Source of the DNA: Dimorphilus gyrociliatus
Lineage: Eukaryota; Animalia; Annelida
Direction: 5' to 3'
NCBI GenBank assembly: GCA_904063045.1
Contig: CAJFCJ010000006.1
Coordinates: 4,666,408-4,730,407, forward strand
DNA: 64,000 nt
A program made the position numbers and the translations under genes. Position 1 is the stretch's first letter; every line of letters starts with the position of its first letter. The notes under the pieces are model-generated. The model searched no databases. It was not told the DNA's origin and worked only from the letters and a program-made list of their open reading frames with translations. Shown piece after piece: positions 10,427-20,735 of the stretch.

Positions 10427-12813
10427 ATTCTATATACAGTACATGTTCATATGTGTTCTTTTCACATGAAAATTCTCTAATTATGTATTGCACGCTTCAT
10501 TATATATTCAATTAATATACTTTTTTAAACGTACATATATATATATATACAGTATATATGTATATTATATTGGCATATAAAGTATTATAGATGTGTAAAT
10601 AATGTGCATGTGTATATAGGAGTAGATAGGCTTTAATTCGTATATTTTTGTATGTTTATGCCTCATGTATAAAATGTGCCAAATCGTTGTATTTTTTGAA
10701 TACAAGTAAAACTTTTCTTAATTTGTAGCAGCAAGAGACAATTTTTTTTGAAATGCTTTCCAACTGCCAAACAGGTGCTAAATGACAGCGAAAATAAACA
10801 TATAAAAAAATAAAAACCTTCCCATCCGCGGGCTTGTGAATCGTATAAGAGAATAAGAAAGAAAGAAATATGTATACAAAGCATCACTGCTTATGCATGT
10901 TGGGTACTTTTATGAAGAAAAAAAAAATCTCAACAACTTGTATATGAACTTGTAAAGCCTTTTGTATATATATATATAAATTATAATAGAATATTGTATA
11001 TAAATATATATTATTCTCTTATCGCTCTTATCCTTATCCGTCAATAATCATCTGTGCACTATGGGCAATTTCTCTCGTTCTTTTGAAGTTTGTATAGGAT
11101 AGTGTTTTGGCTTTTCAACGACGCACTTCCGCTTTTGCCTCCGTGTATTCGACCTACTTTCCAACCGCCAACGATATTTAAATGAAAAAAAATAGAAAAA
11201 AAAGTAATTATCTTAAAGTAATGCGCATGCGCAAAAACGTGCCGGCGCATACGCGTCCCGTTCTTAGAACGAAAGATCATTTTCCAAGTGACATTTCTAC
11301 TCGATTGTTCGCCGACAAATAGACGCTTTCTATGCGCGCCATTGTACGCAGTCGCGGCGTCTATTTAGACGCGGGACGTTTACAAATAATATTAGGAACA
11401 GTATCGGCTATCGCCGTTCGAATAGACTTGCTTATGTACATTCGTATCGGGCGTCTCTCAACGAAATAATATATCTTCATCTTCTGCCGGCGTCTATCGG
11501 CGTTGCTCTTATCCTCTAATTAACTATTAACGCTTGATAACGGACGACTGTTGACAAAATACGTACTTTCCCACAAAAGCTAATGGAATGACACCCGACC
11601 AATGTACACACGTCCGACAATGTATAGTGGTAAACGCGTTGATAAACGTTCATAAAGTTTGGTGTGTATTGAACGAATTCGGTATATACATAAACCATAA
11701 CGAATGCAGAGTCACGGACAGTATTTGTGCAATTTTATTGACGACTGCCGAAGATACACGCAATTTTCGACGCTTTCCTCCGTGCCAAGCATATAAATAC
11801 AGTTTGTCTATATACATCTTACACTTCTTGTCCTTCTTATCCCCTCCACTTCTTCCTTTATAACCAATTGAAAAGCATTTTTTCATACGTCCAAAAATAA
11901 CGGTGGCGTCATCTGTTTGCTGTTTTACTATCTCATATTATTAGTTTTATCTATGAATATATATAATATTTTATAAATTTTCTCTGTATATATTACACTC
12001 GTCTAGACTGTATATACAAAATATTCTAAAGCTCTCAGAACGTTTTCTGAATGCTACAAACACAATTCGGTAAGAGAATAAACAACCACCAACCAGGCAG
12101 TTTTTTCTGTTAAAACTTTTTCTTTATCTCTCCTCCCCCTATCCTTTTCTCCCTCGCGCGCGCTCTCTCTCTCTCTTCCATTCCTCCCCACCCCCTCCCT
12201 CTCATTCTTTACTCCCTATATCTTCTCTAAATACTCTTTTTTTTGTTCGATTTAGGATAAATTATAGCTTTAATAATTAATTGTTATCTATACGCTTTCT
12301 TATTCATCTAAGTAATGGAGATTATTATTTGATAGACAAGACTATGATGAAAAGTAAATCTCACCTTTTAGATAGATGGAGAAAAAATTACAATACGAAA
12401 CATTCGATTTATCGATATGTAAGCGCGCCAAAAAGAATAAATTAATAGGTTAAAGTATATATAACTTCTTGACGTATTGTATATTGTAAACACATAATTA
12501 ATAGTCGTTGAAATTTTACCCAGTAATGAAAGTTTTCAAGATTAGCTTTTTTCCAATTTGTGGCGACATCTGGTGTGTTTATAAAGTAATACAAGTTATT
12601 TGCAAAGCTAACGATTTTTTTATTTATTATTATTATTATTATATGTAATTAGTTCATTTTAAAGTAAACACAATTTTCATTTTCATGAAGATTTATATAT
12701 CTGCATGGTTCAGAAATACTTCGTTCTAAGTCATAAAGCAGTAAATTTTCAAAGTAAAAAAAAACAAACAATAATTTTTAAAATTAGCGCGTAAAGCTGG
12801 TTTTCTTTGGCAG

Positions 12814-14767
12814 TTATTGTTCAAATAAATGTCTACAATCGACTTCTGTTGCAACAGTCCATCGATTATGCTTGGCAAATAGATCACTTTTATCCAAAGG
12901 TGAAGTTGGAGTAACCTTTCTTCCCGATTTCGAATGAACGGGTGACATTGGCGGGGCGTAGCTGTTGCGAACGGCTAGAATGGATTTTGTTGTGGAGCTT
13001 GTAACGGGTGATGGAGAGTTTTGAACTCCTACCGCTTTTAGGGTAGTTGGAGTTAGCTCTTGAACTACTTTGTTTAGTCTTTCAGATTTCTTGGATGATG
13101 CTGAACCGGAACCGAGAACAAGGAGAGATAAGGGAGGTGTGCAATCGACTGGTCTCAGTCGTCCTTCACAATTCTTACTTGTAGTCGACCCAGATAATGG
13201 TTCACTGCTACCAGCCGAATGCGTATTACTTTGGCTACAATCGTTTGAAGATGTTTTACTGTTGTTATTATTGTTACTGTTGCTGTTATTATTTAATCCG
13301 TCCAATCGTTGGGTAACTTCGGTGTTATCCGCAACTGATCTGACATTATCACCTTGCTCATCAAAGAAGACGACGATAACGGTAATGTTATCCGTCTGAC
13401 CCTCTTTTTCGGCTAGATTAACAAGATAATCTGCAAGGGAGTATTTGGAACGTTTGCTTAAATGATCGTAGACGTGCGTAGGTAAAGAATCAGGGGATAT
13501 GTGGTCCCACAAACCATCACTAGCTATAATTAATAGTTTCTCGGAACCATCTAATTGTAATTGGATTGTGTCGGCGTCTGCCGTGACGTAGGGTTTAAAA
13601 TTACAATCTCCCACAGATCTTGTGACACTCAAAGAATACTGACATCTCCAAACTCCGTCAACAATTTCAACGGTCCCCCCCAAAGATTGTACACGATCTC
13701 TTTCACTAGGATTGTCCGCAGTATGAGGTTTGCATAAAGCTTGACATTTTCCGTTTCCTTTGCGGACCAATACGGCTTGGGAGTCTCCTACATAAGCAAG
13801 AGTTAAAACCTTGTCGCTTAATAGGCATACACAAGCTGTACTCCCAGATAGCATCCTTTCTATGGAAGATAAGCGACAAAAGCTTGAATCCAAGGAAGAT
13901 AAAGCCTTTTTAAGAACAACATCTTCACGACCATTGCAATCGCTAAGTCCTTGTCTAAATAATTCTTCAGGTAAATGTGCGCTTAGATATGAGGACGCCT
14001 CAGATCCTCCATGACCATCGAAGACACCAAACAAAGAATACTGTTCCATCAACTGATTGGCCTAAGATGGTAATTTTTGTTATTACAAAGAAGCATTGGA
14101 TGTATAGAAACAAATAAGTGTTACTTACATGATTACATTTTTTGAGATTCGGCAAGACTATGTATCTGTCTTCCATATTCCTTCGCTTGTTTCGCACGGA
14201 TTTGAAGCAGAATGAGAATGGAAATTTTTGCGGAATATTTGAAGATGGTAAGATTTCTTTTGATAGCCACACTTGAACGACATTTTCTGCAATTTTTGGA
14301 ATATTTGTTGCTAAAGAATCTAGATCCAGTAGCCCTATTGCGATGACGAATATCAGTTAGCCTTATCACGTGTTAAAATTTAAACATCCTGCTGTAACAT
14401 ACTTTCCGATTGGTTTTCACCTGACTCCTTGTCAACCATACAAGACGTCACAAATTCCTGTAACTCATTGCTCATATCTTTGGCCAGATCAAAAATATGG
14501 TCGAAAGGACAATTTCTAATGGGACAATTATTATAAAATTGATTAATGAGTCTTCGTAGTACAAAAAGTTTCCGCTTACTGTGATCTCAGATACTCTGAG
14601 CATAAATGTTCGCTTTCTTTGATCGCATATTCTTCGAACACATATCTATAAGAATTAATTCTTGTTTTCTTCGCTTGTCGCCTTAATAATGGAGATTCTT
14701 CTGGTTTTTTTGTCGTGAAATTCCTTAAAAAGCTTAATAGACCATTATTATCGTTCTCTGCCGCCAT
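12814..14767 (-). CDS. PPM1E/PPM1F: PP2C/PPM phosphatase of the PPM1E/PPM1F (CaMKP/POPX/FEM-2-like) group, 584 aa
   Basis: complement(join(12814..14061,14129..14334,14403..14515,14580..14767)); introns of 67, 68 and 64 nt; 1755 nt in frame. PPM motifs are intact: RNKRRNMED, FGVFDGHGG, VGDS, SRxxGD-type TRSVGD, IIASDGLWD, DNITV. The N-terminal extension (LLDLDSLA...VWLSKE) resembles PPM1F. The C-tail is Ser/Asn-rich with a poly-Asn tract. Confidence 0.88.
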
Positions 14768-14850
14768 TTTTTCCTAGAATAAAGTGCTAGCCTGAAACAG
14801 AATTGGATCCTGTCTATGAAAGAAAATGGCCGCTTCGAAAGCGCGCCAAA
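14757..14850 (-). promoter_or_regulatory. Housekeeping-type promoter motifs of the PP2C gene
   Basis: AAAATGGCGGC (YY1/TISU-like) overlaps the start codon. On the + strand there is a second AAAATGGCCGC near 14823-14833 and an E2F-type GCGCGCCAAA at 14841-14850. Confidence 0.45.
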
Positions 14851-15460
14851 TAGGAATGTTATCCTTTTTGTCAGAATATCTTTATCTGTATCTGTGAATT
14901 TTCGTATTATTCAGGAATGATGTATTCTTTACGTCATAATTATATCATTTGCACTGCAGGATATCTTAATTAAAGCAAACATAGCGTGCGAAGCCAATAA
15001 GATTAATTTGCATCTAATTAGCTTTACAACGCTACCCTAACATCTTCTTCATGATTGAAAAAATTGTTAATTGTGAAGGAATAAGCTTCCTAATTTCTTT
15101 CTGGGCATTGATTTATCACTCTAGTGTATATTTGGTACATGTTTTTCGTAAATATTTCTATTTTCAGAATTGTAAGAAGTATAGTCTTATATAAATAGGA
15201 TTAAATGAGATTAAGCGCTTTTGAAACACGTCAAAAGCTATATTTAAATCTATATATAAATTATATATATATATATACAGTATATATACGTTTCATCGAA
15301 AAGCACTAATATTAACGAACAGAAAATAGCAACTAATGGTAAGAATAAGGTTTCGTACAAGAAAAAACTTAGCTATTATGGCCTCTTTAATGAGGAAATA
15401 ATGAACAAAAACAACTTATAGTGGTATTTGTACCTATGAGTTCCTCAGATTACTACTGAT

Positions 15461-18400
15461 CTAGAAACGATGACACTCGTCTTGGTTAATTGCTCCAGTT
15501 CTATCCGTTACCTCATCGATTGGGCAATGGTAACAGAAATTTGATCCATAGTTAGGTTGGTAACTTCCATCACTGCATGGATGACACAGATTCAATTCCT
15601 TAGAGTACCAACCGGGTTTGCAAGGCGAACAAGCTAAACCCTCTGTCTCATAAATCAATTCATAACCGTCTTCGCAAACGAAGAGGAAGTCATCTTGCTT
15701 CTCTTCATTTTTTGTCAATTGGAAAATTTTATTTTTCTCTAGGCTCTGCCTAAAATTGTCTGATGTTTTGAAATATTGATATAAATTAATCACATGTTTA
15801 TTCAGTTTGTTTTTTAGATCCTCGCGACAACTGCGGTCACATGCATCTGTTGTCTTATTTATGATTGATCTGTATCTATTTAAAGGTGCAAGTGTAAGAT
15901 TTACAATTAAAGTTTTCCCGAACGAGTTTAATTCCGAAAAAACATTTACGACTCTCTTGGAGCACTTTCCAAAGTCTTGAAAACGAACTCTTATGCATGC
16001 CTGCTCTCTCATAGAATCTAGAAAATTCCGCACACTATCCTGACTTGCATTCTTTTCCATTGACTTAAATTCGTAGATAATTAATATATTTGAAAGTGGT
16101 ATTGATATTACAAGTAACGTGATTGAAATTTGAGTATTTATTATTCTGTCCTTTCCCTCTATCTGTACTTGACATTTATAAACTCCAGTCATATGTTTCT
16201 TAGCTCTGTGAATAACTAAATTTCCATCCGAGTTTATTAGGGCTACTCCAGTTAAATCATCTAAGTTTAAATCCTCTTCGTAATTGAAAATTTGTAATCC
16301 ATCGGGAGATGTCCAAACATAATCATCTCCTTTTAACAACTCCCCTCTTAATTCAATACATCCAATTTTTGTGCTATCACCTAACCAAATGGTTTCTATT
16401 CTATTTCTTAGTTTGTTACAGTAATTACAACATTTTTTCCTGGCAAAATTATAACTTAATATACAGTCTCTGCTTAAATCTTTCGATTCGCAATCCTCCT
16501 TATCACCATAGCGACAGCTGTACGGTAGGCCACTAGATTCACTCTTTTTCAAACAAGTTAGACAGCAGGCTGAGAATATCTCCTTTGAGTAACATTTACT
16601 AAAGGGAACAGTCTTTTCGTTACACCCTTTTTCTAAATCCCCATACAGACATTTACGATCGCTATGTTCTTTTACATAAAAACCCTGAAGAGGGCAAGTT
16701 ACACTGCATTCTCTTTCCCTTGCTTTGCAATCTCTTAAGTTTGTAATATTTTTACATGATTTATCATCAGTCTTAACATGGTCTTTTACAAGATTTCTCC
16801 TCAATTTGTATGAATTTAATTCCAAAGAAGTTTTTTCCGCTGTGCTTTTTAATTTTGACAATTCAGAATCTGTTAGAGTTGTGTTATCCTCATTTATACA
16901 TTCCATTTTAGATTTGCTACCATTCTGATAAGTAATTTGATTGTTTGGACAAATGTAACAGAAATTCATTCCAATTTTGTCTTGATAAGAGTACATATCG
17001 CAAGGTTTACATTTTTTTGTAATGTTAGAGGAGTGATAGCCTAATTTACATGGTAAACATCCTCCCAAAACTTCTGAATATTCCATTCCTATTTCACAAT
17101 CTATTCTCTTCTTTTGATCAATGTACACATATAAATCAGTTCTATACGTTTCTTCTACTACTATTCCGAACTCGTCAATGTTCTTTAAAACGCATTCATA
17201 AATACCAGAATGATGCTTCTTGGCTGAATCAATTCTTAAAGTAGGAAAATGTTGTTGGAATAATGTGATTCTAGTTTCTCCATATCTAAAATACCAACGA
17301 TATCTCTTTTTTCTTGAAGTACTAGATTCTCCCCTACATCTTATAAGAACCAAATTACCCCTCCTGGTTATTATTTCCGTTCTATAACTGTAAGAATCAG
17401 CTTTACAAAGAGATTTTCTATCAGAACCCACTTTTACTGTAGTAGTGCCCTTTGGACATCTTATACAATCAGTAGAACCAATCTTGAACTGATAATAACC
17501 TTTCGGGCATCTTCTGCATCTATTTGTACTCTGATCGGGTTTAAATCGTCCCAGCAGGCAGGGGATACAATATTGCCCGTTAGTTTCATATCCACGATCA
17601 CAAGTTTTTGAGACAGTATAAGGCAAATCTATAACTGTACTTATCATATTCTCATAATGACCCTTCTTTCGTAAATAAATATCTCGTATTTCATTTAATA
17701 TTAAAAGATGCTTTCTTAAATTAGCTTTGGAATATTCATTATATCTATAAGTTATAAATATGGATACTACATAGTCGTATTTCAATTCGCTTAAGGAATC
17801 GTCTTCCTCTCTCTTACATGTTTGAGTAGTATTAAATAAACAATCAGATTTTATTGTCTTTTTTACTTGATAACATAATTCAGAATTTATTAATTTAGCG
17901 TAAAACTCATCATCGTACGATTGACAGAATTTGATTTTCCATTTCCATTCCTGATGAACTATCTTAACAATATTCACTTCAACAGCTAAGGCAATTCTAT
18001 AGGTGAGAACGTAACTCTGACCATCTATACGGCCATATCGATGACATTTGTAAACGTCGTTATGAGATTCGTCTACACTCTTTAAAAGCAAATATCCATC
18101 TTGAGAAATACTAGATCTAGTTTTATTTACTAATTGAGTAGGGTTTAAGGTTAACCATTCAACTCTTGTAGCAGACTGCTGAATAAAATTGTCGATTAAT
18201 TTACATTTCAGTTTAGCATTATACCCGTATTTAACGGTTGCTAGTTCGCTTCCTAAATCTTTCTCTCGAGTGCAATTTTTCCAAGAGTGCGATCCAACAG
18301 CAAGAGTTGTTGATCCTGTTGGACAATTGAAACAAATTACACTACCCAATTGATCGGTAAATGATCCAATTGGGCATTTTTTACATAATTCCATCCGATC

Positions 18401-19533
18401 GTTTGGCTTATAAAAACCAGGCAAACATTTACTACAGAACCGATCCAAGAAAACGTCTTGCGACTTATTTCTCAATAGTTGTAAGCATCTAATTGTTTTT
18501 AAACAATCTAAAATTATAAATAAGAATTTAAGTTTACGTAATATTTATCTAATTAATCAATTAATATACTTGGATTTAAGATATTCAGAGGTTCGTAGCC
18601 AGGGAGACAAAATCTCTTTAGACGTTTAATTGTATTTGATTTATAAAGATTTCTAAATTGTTTATCAATTTGTTTTGTGTACGTCTTTAGGTTTGATTTT
18701 AGTAGATTAGACCCTTTTTTATAGATTTTCTTAGCAGCTGATTCTGGACAGTTTGCGCATGAGCTTGAAATAAAACTCACTAACCAAATATCAAAATGAA
18801 ATTTTGCGCTATATCTTTTAATATATAAACCAACCGAATTATAATATTTTATAACATTCTTCTCCAATTCTGTTGATTTTTTGTCATCAATTATATCTTC
18901 CATTCTCATATTGTTCAATTCACAATCTACCCTGACCCTGATATTGAACGATTTCCTTATCTTTTCCTTTAAATCCCTAGAATATTCTTTTTGTAAAATA
19001 TTAGCTGTTTTTTGAAGTAATCTAAAATTAGTGCAACTTGAAACGTCAGAAATATAAGTTTCTGTTTGAATTACTGCTGCGTAATCAGAAATACTTAGAT
19101 AATGACTAAATTCATGAATTAATTTATCTTCTTTAATTAATAAACACTTATAGATTCCACTCCAACTAGTTTTTGCATAGCGTGTAATTTTTACTTTATG
19201 TTTGCTTTTAAAGTATATGTTTTTCTTTACGTCTTCTAGATTAGCTTCACTAATAAATCCGTCGTCTCTATAAAATTCTGGATATACTAAAACATAGTCA
19301 TATGACTCGATATCCTTAAATTTTGGCAGATGATCAGGTATGCAACTAAATGATTGCCTGTCTCTCATACTCCATCTTAGGGTAATTCTCTGCTCAGTAT
19401 CTCTATCTTCGCGCCTTTTGGAGATTAGTTCGCATGAATCGTAAGTATTAAAACCTTTACAATCTTCTTTAAGAGAATTCTCAACTATAGGATTTATTAC
19501 CAATAGGAGAAATTGAAGATAAGAGATAAGCAT
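15461..19533 (-). CDS. Secreted 1336-aa protein with four Ig + Cys-rich (GCC2/GCC3, ephrin-receptor-like) units and two PLAC/ShK-like Cys modules; ZPBP-like architecture
   Basis: complement(join(15461..18507,18570..19533)); one 62-nt phase-1 intron; 4011 nt in frame. Signal-like N-terminus MLISYLQFLLLVINPIVENS. Four Ig F-strand motifs (SGIYKC, NDVYKC, SGIYEC, TGVYKC), each followed by a C..GY...CxxC..G.(F/Y)...CxxC..G...CxxCP cluster. Two YGD...CC..C modules. No transmembrane segment. Confidence 0.85.
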
Positions 19534-19849
19534 ATTGAATTTTAAATTAATCCTTGTGAACTTTAGTAAATAATTTGTACACGTTTCTTTAATGATCATT
19601 CTTGATCTTTCAAAATTCAACTTTTACGAAACGTCTTTATTTATAAACGGTTAGTTTTCTAAATTGATAAATTGATAATTTTAAAGATATCTGAGAAAAC
19701 AAGTAGTGACATCTATTTGTTGTAAAATAAATAAATATGTCATATATGTGTGTTTAATATTAATGTGTTTAATTACAACAAAAACAAAAACAAAATAAAA
19801 AGATCAAGAGATCTTCAAACTATTTACCTCCATTTGTTGATGATAAATT

Positions 19850-20410
19850 ATGAGGTTATTATTCCTCGTTTTCCAATTAATCCATACTTATGAGAGTGAT
19901 TTATTACAACAAAGAGAAGGAAAATCGAATAAAGTTCGTAGGTCAATAATGGAACGTTATTTAAAGCCAAAGGAAAGTTATTTATTAGCCAAAGAAAGGA
20001 TTGAAACTACATTTAATGGACATTCCACAGACTATAATTTATTGTGGTATAGAACATTACCATTTTATCAATATCAAAATTCTTATGAATATATCAGGGA
20101 ATTTTTGGAAAGAAATCCTAATTCTACAATATCTAAATCAAGGGTCAGAGGTGATTTAGCTCTCTCTACGGCTTTTTCTTGCCTTCTTATGCTATTTTCG
20201 TTCATCATACTTGTAGCTGTTACACCTATTTTTACTGTCTTTCTCCAATGGATGGTTGAAAGAAGATGTATTAAGTTAAGAAAAGAGCAGTTTCGCAATA
20301 AATATTTAAAAAAAGTTGAGTTAGAGAGAGAGAACTGTCAATCTACAGCGATATTCGTTCAATATCCCAGGACGTTGATAGAGAGAACTAACCAACCAGT
20401 TGGAGACTAA
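19850..20410 (+). CDS. Uncharacterised intronless type-I membrane protein, 186 aa
   Basis: ATG-started ORF with a signal-like N-terminus (MRLLFLVFQLIHT), a Cys-free ectodomain, one hydrophobic segment (AFSCLLMLFSFIILVAVTPIFTVFL) and a basic cytoplasmic juxtamembrane stretch. No family recognised. Confidence 0.7.
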   Translation: MRLLFLVFQLIHTYESDLLQQREGKSNKVRRSIMERYLKPKESYLLAKERIETTFNGHSTDYNLLWYRTLPFYQYQNSYEYIREFLERNPNSTISKSRVRGDLALSTAFSCLLMLFSFIILVAVTPIFTVFLQWMVERRCIKLRKEQFRNKYLKKVELERENCQSTAIFVQYPRTLIERTNQPVGD

Positions 20411-20538
20411 TAAACCAACGACATTTGTAAATATTAGCAAGTTGAAATTTATAAAGGCAGTCTTCTGTAAATATACAGGCACATATATATACTTATTTAG
20501 TCTTCACAACTTTCTTTAAAGACTACGAAAGCGATTTC

Positions 20539-20570
<32 letters not shown>

Positions 20571-20735
20571 CTGTATATAGTATACTGTATATTACCATTT
20601 AATGTGAATTCTCTTACACAGTAAGAAAACAATCAATCATGAACGTTGTTTTTGATGAAGATATCTAAAAAAAAATTTAAAGAAACAAACATATCTTAAC
20701 AAACAAGGATTTGATAGAAAAATCATATATTATAT

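Noticed and set aside
11059-11886. Overlapping short ORFs on both strands
   Set aside because: No family resemblance; the higher GC is better explained by regulatory motifs.
13070-14014. + strand ORFs of 109 and 67 aa
   Set aside because: Antisense shadows of the PP2C coding exon.
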